A stretch of DNA of 64,000 bases, from assembly GCA_018883165.1 (NCBI GenBank), contig VEQN01000003.1:9721-73720 (forward strand), written 5' to 3'. The stretch's first letter is position 1; each line of letters starts with the position of its first letter. The translations under genes and the position numbers were made by a program. The notes beneath the pieces were generated by a model. It was not told where the DNA came from. It saw only the letters and a list, made by a program, of their open reading frames with translations, and did no database searches. Source of the stretch: Candidatus Tayloriibacteriota bacterium. GTDB taxonomy: Bacteria > Patescibacteriota > Minisyncoccia > Phycocordibacterales > CAIZLB01. Shown piece after piece: positions 1-8,146 of this stretch.

Positions 1-11
1 TTGAGCAAAAG

Positions 12-749
12 ATGATTAAGATACTTTTAAATGGGTACCCTACAAATGATCCAATTAAGAAGAAAGTAACATCACTTGATTTGAATATCTTTACAAGCTT
101 TGCACGAAAATCATCCATTGAAAATATTAATCAGATAATTGATCAATATTTTCATGTAAAGGAAACAAATATCCACTCACAATCGCTTGCTGCATTTAGT
201 GTAATTGGTAGTCTCTGGAGAGATTTGAATCAATACATAATTACGGATATTACATCTCAACTTACAGAACTTGTGTCAGTACGAAAAGGTATCCTGTCTG
301 AAGCCGCATCAATTCCTAAAGGTAAGCAGTTTCTTGTAAAAAGTGTTTCTAATGATTTAGGAGTAAGCACTGAAGTTGCCGAATCACTACTTAAAATGAA
401 AAGCACTGGGCACATTGAAGAGAACCTTGCTAAGAAAGTTGATACCGCTCTCCTAAAGGCCCAAAAAGAATGGCTCAAAGAGTTTAGTGATGCTCTGCGT
501 GTAATGTCTGCAAGTTCATCACTCCCAAACACATTCATATTGTTTGCACCAAAGGATGTAACTGGGATATTTTCACAATTTATTCAAGCTGAAGAGTACC
601 AGCAATTTTCATTTGCGGAAGGGAAGTTTGAAGTTAAAGAAGTTTCAGTTGCAGACCTACTTCCATATTGCACAATTTCTCCTGGTACAAATCAGGACCT
701 ATCGATTGTACTAGGTTCTCTTTTTAGCAAAGGTTCAATTAAGGTATAA
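12..749 (+). CDS. hypothetical protein (in-frame sequence is open to window start; may be 5'-partial)
   Basis: 245-aa ORF with no recognisable motifs. It sits where secY-adk-map usually precede infA. Confidence 0.45.
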   Translation: MIKILLNGYPTNDPIKKKVTSLDLNIFTSFARKSSIENINQIIDQYFHVKETNIHSQSLAAFSVIGSLWRDLNQYIITDITSQLTELVSVRKGILSEAASIPKGKQFLVKSVSNDLGVSTEVAESLLKMKSTGHIEENLAKKVDTALLKAQKEWLKEFSDALRVMSASSSLPNTFILFAPKDVTGIFSQFIQAEEYQQFSFAEGKFEVKEVSVADLLPYCTISPGTNQDLSIVLGSLFSKGSIKV

Positions 750-763
750 TTTAAGAACAAGAT

Positions 764-2347
764 ATGAAAGACAAGTTCTACGACATTATCCCCGAAAACA
801 AACGAAGCATACGGAATATTCCAATTCCAAACAAAGAACAAAAAGAAGCTATTGAGCAGAAGCTTACTGAGGCTGAGAATTCTTTCATTGAAAATGTAAT
901 TGAAGAACAAGTACCGCATGTAACTGCAAAAGACTCACCGAAGAAACCTGCGAGGAAGGCCTCACACAGTATGGATGGCATCAAAAAAGGAGGTAAAAAG
1001 AAGGCATTAAGAACAGTAACACCAGAAGTCACCACCGAAGCTGAAGAAGAAGTACCACCTCTTACGCCGATACCCAAAAGAGACATTAAGCACAAAGATT
1101 TCAGTGTGGAGCCTGCTTTTGAAACTTTAGATTCTCCTTTAGAAGAAGAGGATCCTGTTAGTGATTCATTAGGTAGAACTGAAACGTATGAGTCTTGGAA
1201 CAGAAATACAAAAAAAGGGTATGTGTTTTGGATAATTTGTGGACTCATACTTGCACTTCTACTCATAACCATTTCATACATTTTCACAGGTGCTACCATT
1301 TCACTTGTACCCAAGAAATATGACCTTAGTGTATCAGGAACAAAAGTGTATCTTTCAGATATACGTCATTCTGGTATCAAAGTAACAGTAAAGGATGAAC
1401 TTACCGTTGATGTTGATGGTACAGTGTCAGTCGACAGAAAAGCATCAGGTACTGTTGTTTTGTATAATGCATTTAGCTCAGCTGAACAAAGATTAGTTGC
1501 AAATACAAGACTTGAGACAAGTGGTGGAAAAATATTCAGACTCACAAAGTCAGTAACAATTCCTGGGCAAAAAACAGTCTCAGGAAAAAATGTTCCAGGA
1601 AGTGTAGAAGCTGAGATTGTGGCTGATAAAAGTGGAGACGGATACAATGTTGGATTCCAAGATTTTAAACTTCCTGCATACAAAGGTACACCTAGGTATG
1701 ATTCAATATATGGGCGATCAAAAACATCAGTAGGTAACGGATATTCAGGGGAAGTTCCAAATATTGGCTCTTCAGGTATTGCATCAAGTACGAAAGCACT
1801 GAAGGAAAAGCTTCTGTCTCTTGCAATCAAAGACGCAGAGAAGAAGAATCCCGACTCGGCAATGTATGCGCTAATTCCAGAGTCGTATATCACTGAATAC
1901 GGTGAAATTAAGCAAACCGTAGCTTCAAATGGAAAAAAAGTGACTTTCGAAGGATCTCTCACACTCACTGCAGTATTCATAGCTAAAGATGACTTGTCTA
2001 AAGCCGTGCTTAAGGCAGAGAATATGATTCAAAACAGTACTTCAACTAAATCTCAAGTTAATTACACAGGGGATACAGGTAGCCTCCGCATCTCTTTCCC
2101 TAAGGACACAATCAGCAAAGACTTGGAAGACACTCAAAAGATGTACTTTACAGTCTCAGGAACCAGTTCAATTTACACCATGGTAAGTGAGGAAACTGTT
2201 GCACAAGCAGTGAGTAATCTCAGGAAAGATAGAGCTGTGCCAGTACTTACAGAACTGACAGATTCTCCAGATGTACAAATTGAAATATGGCCATGGTGGA
2301 AGAATACACTTCCATCGAAAGATAGGATCAGATTGAAAATTAACTAA
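764..2347 (+). CDS. hypothetical single-pass membrane protein
   Basis: 527-aa ORF with a K/E-rich N-terminus, one clear TM helix (GYVFWIICGLILALLLITISYIF) and a large C-terminal extracytoplasmic domain. No family recognised. Confidence 0.5.
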   Translation: MKDKFYDIIPENKRSIRNIPIPNKEQKEAIEQKLTEAENSFIENVIEEQVPHVTAKDSPKKPARKASHSMDGIKKGGKKKALRTVTPEVTTEAEEEVPPLTPIPKRDIKHKDFSVEPAFETLDSPLEEEDPVSDSLGRTETYESWNRNTKKGYVFWIICGLILALLLITISYIFTGATISLVPKKYDLSVSGTKVYLSDIRHSGIKVTVKDELTVDVDGTVSVDRKASGTVVLYNAFSSAEQRLVANTRLETSGGKIFRLTKSVTIPGQKTVSGKNVPGSVEAEIVADKSGDGYNVGFQDFKLPAYKGTPRYDSIYGRSKTSVGNGYSGEVPNIGSSGIASSTKALKEKLLSLAIKDAEKKNPDSAMYALIPESYITEYGEIKQTVASNGKKVTFEGSLTLTAVFIAKDDLSKAVLKAENMIQNSTSTKSQVNYTGDTGSLRISFPKDTISKDLEDTQKMYFTVSGTSSIYTMVSEETVAQAVSNLRKDRAVPVLTELTDSPDVQIEIWPWWKNTLPSKDRIRLKIN

Positions 2348-2369
2348 GTATTTGATACACTCTTTATAC

Positions 2370-2636
2370 ATGGCATCAAATAGTAACAAACAGATAGTAA
2401 CAGGTATTGTCGTAGAAGCACTTCCGAACACATTGTTTAAGGTGCAAATCGATACACCGAAGAACTCTGACCAGAACGGATCTGAGGATGGGGCAGATGT
2501 AAACACACCCGCTCCGATACTTGCGTTTTTGGCTGGAAAAATGCTACTAAACCGAATCCGTGTTATGATAGGTGACAGGGTTACTATGGAATTAGACCCG
2601 TACGGTGGGAAGGCTAGAATAACCAGAAGAGGATAG
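2370..2636 (+). CDS. infA: translation initiation factor IF-1 with loop insertion
   Basis: LPNTLFKV...GKM..RIRVMIGDRVTMELDPYGGKARITRRG aligns to the IF-1 S1-like fold. ATG at 2370 chosen over the TTG at 2352. An extra ~17 aa (TPKNSDQNGSEDGADVN) lies between beta1 and beta2. Confidence 0.8.
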   Translation: MASNSNKQIVTGIVVEALPNTLFKVQIDTPKNSDQNGSEDGADVNTPAPILAFLAGKMLLNRIRVMIGDRVTMELDPYGGKARITRRG

Positions 2637-2753
2637 GTTTCTTCTGGGTAGCGGTACATGCCAAACAGTTGTGGGTATATACCGCTTTACAAATAATTCA
2701 GGTTATAGTAATATGACCTTCACAACTTTTTATTATTATTTTTGATTGTGTTT

Positions 2754-2870
2754 ATGCGAGTAAAAGCTTCTATAAAAAAGAAATGTGCAGAGTGTAAAGT
2801 GGTCCGACGAAAAGGATCTGTGTATATTACATGCAAGGCTAATTCTCGACATAAGCAGAAACAAGGCTAA
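2754..2870 (+). CDS. rpmJ: 50S ribosomal protein L36
   Basis: Translated by hand as [38 protein letters not shown] with the C-x2-C...C-x5-H zinc ribbon. Canonical infA-rpmJ-rpsM position. Too short for the ORF track. Confidence 0.85.
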   Translation: MRVKASIKKKCAECKVVRRKGSVYITCKANSRHKQKQG

Positions 2871-2884
2871 ATACACAAACACCA

Positions 2885-3262
2885 ATGCGTATTCTCGGTA
2901 TTACAATTCCTGAAAACAAAAGACTCGAAATGGCCCTCACTGCCCTTTATGGTATTGGACGACCACGAGCTCAGGCAATTCTTAAAGAAGCAGGAGTAGA
3001 TTTCGGTAAAACAACTAAAGATATTTCTACTGAAGAAGAGAACAAGATTCGACAGATTGTCGAAAGTTTCAAACTCGAAGCTGAATTAAAGCGAGAGGTT
3101 GGTGCGAATATTAAGCGACTCAAAGATATTAAGGCATACCGAGGAACTCGACATGCTCGAAAACTTCCAGCACGAGGTCAGCGAACAAAGACAAACGCTC
3201 GAACTCTTAAGGGTGTTAAGAAGACTATGGGTTCTGGTAAGAAAAAGGATTCTAAGAAGTAA
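2885..3262 (+). CDS. rpsM: 30S ribosomal protein S13
   Basis: MRILGITIPENKR...YRGTRHARKLPARGQRTKTNART matches S13. Confidence 0.9.
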   Translation: MRILGITIPENKRLEMALTALYGIGRPRAQAILKEAGVDFGKTTKDISTEEENKIRQIVESFKLEAELKREVGANIKRLKDIKAYRGTRHARKLPARGQRTKTNARTLKGVKKTMGSGKKKDSKK

Positions 3263-3286
3263 TTATTTTAATATATACACATCACC

Positions 3287-3712
3287 ATGGGAAAGAAACG
3301 AATCGCAACAACAGAATCTAACGAAGCAGGTGCAAAGAAAGCAACCACTTCATCAGGTAAGAAGAAGTATGACGCTGGAATTCTTTGTGTTCAGTCTACA
3401 TACAACAACACTAAACTAGTTCTTACAGACACTAAAGGTAACTCACTTGCATGGTCATCAAGTGGTTCACTCGGATTTAAAGGTGCTAAGAAAGGAACAC
3501 CTTTCGCAGCTGCTAAGGTAGGTGAAATTCTCGCTGACAAAGCAATACTTATGGGTATGAAAGAAATATCTGTAGTAGTTAAAGGAGTAGGCTCAGGACG
3601 AGAATCAGCTATCCGATCATTTATTACAAAAGGTATCTCAGTTGCAGGAATCAAGGATCAAACTCCGGTTCCACACAACGGTCCAAAACCACCTAAGCCA
3701 AGACGAGTATAA
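3287..3712 (+). CDS. rpsK: 30S ribosomal protein S11
   Basis: Matches S11 (GxxGFKGAKKGTPFAAA...VKGVGSGRESAIR...PHNGPKPPKPRRV). Confidence 0.9.
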   Translation: MGKKRIATTESNEAGAKKATTSSGKKKYDAGILCVQSTYNNTKLVLTDTKGNSLAWSSSGSLGFKGAKKGTPFAAAKVGEILADKAILMGMKEISVVVKGVGSGRESAIRSFITKGISVAGIKDQTPVPHNGPKPPKPRRV

Positions 3713-3731
3713 TCTTTAATTATTAAATACT

Positions 3732-4349
3732 ATGAAACTAGGATCAAAATTCAAAATTGCACGACGACTAGGGGCTCCAATATTCGAGAAAACACAAACT
3801 GCAAAGTTTAAGCTTTCACTTGCATCAAAAGATGGTGCTAAAGGTGGGAAGAAGCGAGGAGGGCCTAAGAGTGAATTCGCTAAGCAGCTTATTGAAAAGC
3901 AGAAGGCTCGATTTACATATGGTATCTCTGAAAAACAGTTCGCCAAATACATTAAAGATGTCATCAACTCAAAGAGTACTTCACCTGCAGCTGATATTTA
4001 TCACAAGCTCGAAACCCGACTTGATAACGTTGTATACCGACTTGGTCTTACAACAACAAGGCAGTTTGCACGACAAGCTGTATCTCACGGTCACATCCTA
4101 GTTAATGGACGAAAGCTCAACGTTCCATCATATACCGTACGAGCAGGTGACCAGATTGCTATCCGAGAAGGTAGTAAAAACAACGGTATCTTCAAGGACT
4201 TCGAAGAGAAGATGAAGACTGTTGAGGTACCAAACTGGCTTACTTGGAATATTGAACGAAAGCAAGCTTCTATGCTTAGAAACCCAAGCCTAGAAGGTCA
4301 GGAACTTCTGTTTGACTTGAGCTCTGTAGTGGAATTTTATAAACGATAG
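3732..4349 (+). CDS. rpsD: 30S ribosomal protein S4
   Basis: Carries the S4 domain (LETRLDNVVYRLGLTTTRQFARQAVSHGHILVNGRKLNVPSY). Confidence 0.9.
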   Translation: MKLGSKFKIARRLGAPIFEKTQTAKFKLSLASKDGAKGGKKRGGPKSEFAKQLIEKQKARFTYGISEKQFAKYIKDVINSKSTSPAADIYHKLETRLDNVVYRLGLTTTRQFARQAVSHGHILVNGRKLNVPSYTVRAGDQIAIREGSKNNGIFKDFEEKMKTVEVPNWLTWNIERKQASMLRNPSLEGQELLFDLSSVVEFYKR

Positions 4350-4370
4350 TTTTAAATTAATTTATATATT

Positions 4371-5342
4371 ATGCCTGAAACAAATATCGTACTGCCATCA
4401 AAGCCAAAAGTTGTAGAAGAGTCATCAACTCTAGGTATTTACGAAATTGACGGTCTTTACCCTGGATACGGTCACACACTAGGTAACTCACTTCGAAGAA
4501 TCATCCTTTCATCTCTTCCTGGTGCTGCAATCACAAGTGTAAAGATCGCTGGAGTAAATCATGAATTCTCAACAATTGAAGGTGTTAAAGAAGATGTAAT
4601 CAACATCATTCTTAACCTTAAGAAAGTCCGATTCATGCTCATCGGTGATGAACCACAGACAGTTTCACTTAAGGTAAAAGGTATTAAGGATGTAACAGCT
4701 GCTGAGTTCAAACTCCCAGGCCAACTTACAATCTCAAACCCTGAACACCATCTCTTTAGTATCACAAACAAAGATACCGAAATCGATATGGAGGTAACAG
4801 TAGAGAAAGGTATAGGTTTCGTTGCAAAAGAAATTCTACACAAAGACCGAGTTGAAATCGGAAGTATTGCACTTGATGCCGCGTTCTCACCTGTACTCAT
4901 CACTAACTACGATGTTGAACAAATGCGAGTAGGTGATCAGACAAACTACAACCGACTAAAGATCACGATTAAGACTGACGGAACAGTTTCTCCACGAGAA
5001 GCCCTTGAGAAGTCTATTGAAATCATGATTACTCAGCTTAAAGCTATTGTAGGGTTCAAAGAACCTGAAGTAGAAGTATCATCTTCAGTTCAGAGTGCAC
5101 CAGCACATACTGAATCAGCAGAAGACCGAGAAGAACTCGATGACAAGCTTAAGACACGAATTGAGTCTATTGACCTTTCTCAGAGAACTTCAAATGCACT
5201 CATTAATGCCAACATTCGAACAGTTGGGGGCCTTATCCGAAAGAAGGAAAAGGATCTTCTTGATATCGATGGGCTTGGAGCTAAGGGTATTGAAGAAATT
5301 AAGCAGGTGATTGAAACACTTGGCTTATCATTAAAAGCATAG
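4371..5342 (+). CDS. rpoA: DNA-directed RNA polymerase subunit alpha
   Basis: N-terminal dimerisation domain (GYGHTLGNSLRRIILSSLPGAAI) and C-terminal alpha-CTD (DLSQRTSNALINANIRTVGGL). Confidence 0.9.
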   Translation: MPETNIVLPSKPKVVEESSTLGIYEIDGLYPGYGHTLGNSLRRIILSSLPGAAITSVKIAGVNHEFSTIEGVKEDVINIILNLKKVRFMLIGDEPQTVSLKVKGIKDVTAAEFKLPGQLTISNPEHHLFSITNKDTEIDMEVTVEKGIGFVAKEILHKDRVEIGSIALDAAFSPVLITNYDVEQMRVGDQTNYNRLKITIKTDGTVSPREALEKSIEIMITQLKAIVGFKEPEVEVSSSVQSAPAHTESAEDREELDDKLKTRIESIDLSQRTSNALINANIRTVGGLIRKKEKDLLDIDGLGAKGIEEIKQVIETLGLSLKA

Positions 5343-5372
5343 TATTGTACACGAGCATTTAAATTAACAATT

Positions 5373-5726
5373 ATGAGACACCATAACGCAAACAGAAAAT
5401 TCGGAAGAAAGACAGATCAGCGAGCTGCGCTTCTTCGATCTCTCGCACGAGAGCTTTTCCTTCACGGAAAGATTGTAACTACTGAGGCTAAGGCCAAGGA
5501 AGTTCGACCATTCGCTGAAGAATTGATCACAATCGCACGTGAAGGATCACTCGCATCAAAGCGACTTGTAGGTGCTCGACTCGCAAACAATGTAATTGTT
5601 AAGAAGCTCGTAGATATTATCGCTCCTGAATACAAGGGACGAAACGGTGGGTATACACGAGTCATCAAGCTTGAGCGTCGACCAGCTGATGGAGCTAAAA
5701 TGGCTGCTATCGAACTAGTAAAGTAA
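5373..5726 (+). CDS. rplQ: 50S ribosomal protein L17
   Basis: MRHHNANRKFGRKTDQRAALLRSLA...GGYTRVIKLERRPADGAKMAAIELV matches L17. Confidence 0.9.
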   Translation: MRHHNANRKFGRKTDQRAALLRSLARELFLHGKIVTTEAKAKEVRPFAEELITIAREGSLASKRLVGARLANNVIVKKLVDIIAPEYKGRNGGYTRVIKLERRPADGAKMAAIELVK

Positions 5727-5736
5727 TATCACTATC

Positions 5737-6084
5737 ATGACAAAACACGTAATTGACGCACAAAACAAAAAACTAGGGCGAGTAGCATCAGAAGCTGCAG
5801 CTATCCTCATGGGCAAGAACACTGCTGATTTCGCACGAAACATCGCTCCTGATGTTAAGGTTGAAATCATCAACGCATCAAAAGCTGATATTTCTGAGAA
5901 GAAGAAAGGTGAGAAGTTTTACATTACATACTCAGGTCACCCAGGAGGACAAAAGCGAGAGAAACTCGGTAAGCTCATCGAGCGAAAGAATGTTTCTGAA
6001 GCATTTAAGCGGGCAGTAAAGGGTATGCTCCCAGACAACAAGCTCAAGACAAAGATGCTTCTTAACCTTACTGTAACTGAATAA
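5737..6084 (+). CDS. rplM: 50S ribosomal protein L13
   Basis: Matches L13 (AVKGMLP motif). Confidence 0.88.
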   Translation: MTKHVIDAQNKKLGRVASEAAAILMGKNTADFARNIAPDVKVEIINASKADISEKKKGEKFYITYSGHPGGQKREKLGKLIERKNVSEAFKRAVKGMLPDNKLKTKMLLNLTVTE

Positions 6085-6098
6085 TATTTAATACAAAC

Positions 6099-6503
6099 AT
6101 GACTGAATCAAAATCAAAGTACATAGAAGCTGTAGGACGACGAAAGACTTCAACTGCTCGAGTTCGAATGACTCCAGGAGCTAAGCAGTCAGTTACAATC
6201 AACGACAAACCTATCGCTGAATACTTCAAAACAAACGAACTTCAGGTTGTTGCTCTTGAAGCATTCACTAAAGCTGGCATCGAACAGAAGTTTGCAGTTT
6301 CTGCTCATATTGTAGGTGGCGGTATCAGTTCTCAGGCTCAGGCACTTCGACACGGAATCGCTCGAGCGATTGAAAACTATGACAAGAACCTTCGAGGTGC
6401 TCTCAAGAAAGAAGGATTTCTTACACGAGATCAAAGGGCAAAAGAACGAAGAAAGTTCGGTCTCAAGAAAGCTCGAAAGGCTCCACAGTGGTCAAAACGA
6501 TAG
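6099..6503 (+). CDS. rpsI: 30S ribosomal protein S9
   Basis: GRRKTSTARVRM...GGGISSQAQALRHGIARAI...KKARKAPQWSKR matches S9. Confidence 0.9.
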   Translation: MTESKSKYIEAVGRRKTSTARVRMTPGAKQSVTINDKPIAEYFKTNELQVVALEAFTKAGIEQKFAVSAHIVGGGISSQAQALRHGIARAIENYDKNLRGALKKEGFLTRDQRAKERRKFGLKKARKAPQWSKR

Positions 6504-6568
6504 CAATACAAAGAACAACTCCTCGAAAGAGGGGTTTTTCTTTTACTTTGTATATAAAAATAATATCA

Positions 6569-6597
6569 TTGACATATTAATAATTTACATGTATATT
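6569..6597 (+). promoter_or_regulatory. sigma70-like promoter TTGACA-N17-TATATT
   Basis: Exact TTGACA at 6569-6574, a 17-nt spacer and TATATT at 6592-6597. Predicted TSS near 6604. Confidence 0.5.
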
Positions 6598-6603
6598 ATT
6601 AAC

Positions 6604-7021
6604 GTTGACTAAAGGTTGGGAAACCAGCCCGTAGTCAGGGTCGTTCAGTCGGTTCTGAACAGGATATAGTGCAGAAGTTTCAACCGTGTGTTGAAACTGA
6701 AGTACGAACAACCAAGGTCTAATCCTGGGAGAGCAAAAAACATTACGGTATCTGGCAGTGCGGCTGTCGGAAATGTAGTCGTCTCTCACGACCCTGTCTA
6801 CGTATGTATAGCAACGCTCTCGGCACATGTGCCGGGCTTTTCTTTACCTTGACAGAATTTAAAAATGGGTTAGTGTTGTATCGCTGTAACCCAATGATTG
6901 AAGGGTGACGACCGTCGGCCGCGTGGCCAAGATCCGATAATCCAAGCTACAGCTCGGAATCCAAGGCGGTCGTCACCTGACTCATGTACCTACACAGCGC
7001 TTAAAGTGGCGCTGTTTTTTC
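6604..7021 (+). ncRNA. unassigned highly structured non-coding RNA locus (possibly two transcripts)
   Basis: About 420 nt with no credible ORF but many perfect hairpins: GTTCAG/CTGAAC (6644-6661), GTTTCAAC/GTTGAAAC (6677-6697), CGGCACATGTGCCG plus T-run (6821-6845), and an 11-bp stem GGTGACGACCG/CGGTCGTCACC (6904-6977). It ends with the hairpin CAGCGCttaaagtgGCGCTG plus T6 (6995-7020). A second TTGACA lies at 6848. Confidence 0.35.
6995..7021 (+). terminator. rho-independent terminator
   Basis: Hairpin CAGCGC ttaaagtg GCGCTG followed by TTTTTT. Confidence 0.6.
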
Positions 7022-7063
7022 ATACTTGCATTGAGACTCGCTTTTCATTAAAATAGCACCACT

Positions 7064-7675
7064 ATGACAGATCGGAACCTTCAAGACGATACAAAAGACC
7101 TAGAAATTGAGCCAGAGAACCCTTCTTTGGACGATACTCTGGAATCCGAGTCAGATGTAGTCATTGATGAAGAAGCTGAGATGGCTACACCTCAGATTGT
7201 AAAAAGTCTTCGAGAAAAGCTCAAGAAAGCTGTTGAAGAAAAACAAGAGTACCTTACTGGGTGGCAGAAGGACAAGGCAGAGTTCATCAATGCACGAAGA
7301 CGAGACGAGGAATCTAAACAAGAGTTTCTTAAGTTTGCTAATCAAGGTGTCATCGAAGAACTACTTCCTGTAATGGACAGTTTTGACATGGCAATGGCCA
7401 ACAAAACAGCATGGGAGTCTGTCTCAAAAGAATGGAGATCTGGTATGGAAGGCGTATATACACAACTTGTTGGTGTTCTTCAAAAGCACGGGGCAACAGG
7501 CTTTGGGGCAGTGGGAGACAAGTTTGATCCAAACCTCCACCACTCAATTGGTCTTACAGAAACACCTGATGCGTCTTTTGATGATACTGTTTCTGAAGTT
7601 ATGCAAAAAGGATATACTGTACATGGTAAAGTAATACGGCCAGCACTGGTTAAGGTGTTTGAAGTAAAGAAATAA
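7064..7675 (+). CDS. grpE: nucleotide exchange factor GrpE
   Basis: GrpE coiled-coil and beta domain (ARRRDEESKQEF...VIEELLPVMDSFDMA...GKVIRPALVKV). Confidence 0.85.
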   Translation: MTDRNLQDDTKDLEIEPENPSLDDTLESESDVVIDEEAEMATPQIVKSLREKLKKAVEEKQEYLTGWQKDKAEFINARRRDEESKQEFLKFANQGVIEELLPVMDSFDMAMANKTAWESVSKEWRSGMEGVYTQLVGVLQKHGATGFGAVGDKFDPNLHHSIGLTETPDASFDDTVSEVMQKGYTVHGKVIRPALVKVFEVKK

Positions 7676-7676
7676 C

Positions 7677-8108
7677 ATGCTATCAAATTCAAGAATACTC
7701 GCACAAGGAAAAATAGCTGACAACATTGTGTTTTTGACACAGGTTGATTCAACATACGTGCTTGTTCTTGGTACAACCTTCATACAAAAAGGTATATTCT
7801 CAAAGAAAACAACTTTTAAAGTTCTTGATCAAAAAATACTAACTGCCGAGGAAGCACTTCTTGCACTTGAACAAATCAAGAATCTACAGAAAGGAGAGGT
7901 GTCTTCGAAACTTCTTTCAGCTCCACAGCTTCCAGGTGAAGTATCTCCATATATTGAAGATTCGATTGTACTTCTTCTTGAAACATCGAAAGAGGCGCCA
8001 CTACACCAGCCTGAAAAGAAGAAGACTGCTCCAACTCTTTCACCATACTATCCAACAAAAGAAATTTTTCTTGCATCTCAAATGACCTGCGCACCGAATA
8101 TGTATTAA
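7677..8108 (+). CDS. hypothetical protein inserted between grpE and dnaK
   Basis: 143-aa ORF starting 1 nt after the grpE stop. No recognisable family. It could be lineage-specific or spurious. Confidence 0.35.
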   Translation: MLSNSRILAQGKIADNIVFLTQVDSTYVLVLGTTFIQKGIFSKKTTFKVLDQKILTAEEALLALEQIKNLQKGEVSSKLLSAPQLPGEVSPYIEDSIVLLLETSKEAPLHQPEKKKTAPTLSPYYPTKEIFLASQMTCAPNMY

Positions 8109-8146
8109 TTTCAATATATTAGAAATTAATTAACACATATTCACAC

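Noticed and set aside
257-2347. Numerous antisense or out-of-frame ORFs inside conserved genes, e.g. 257-538 (-), 778-1314 (-), 1366-1980 (-) and 3099-3419 (+)
   Set aside because: They overlap strongly supported genes on the other strand or frame, and their products are low-complexity. The same reasoning applies to similar shadow ORFs throughout the track.
6316-6828. ORFs 6316-6612 (+) and 6577-6828 (-) in the rpsI-grpE spacer
   Set aside because: The first overlaps rpsI out of frame and runs through the promoter. The second lies inside a hairpin-dense region with no coding-like composition. The region is better explained as a structured RNA.
6604-7021. tmRNA, RNase P, SRP or 6S identity for the structured locus
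   Set aside because: tmRNA: no GGGG...UUCGAC 5' element, GGUUCGAUUCC T-arm or ALAA-type tag frame. RNase P: no GAAAGUCC / ACCCGGCUUA P4 strands. SRP: no GGAAGCAGC domain IV motif. Identity is therefore left open.
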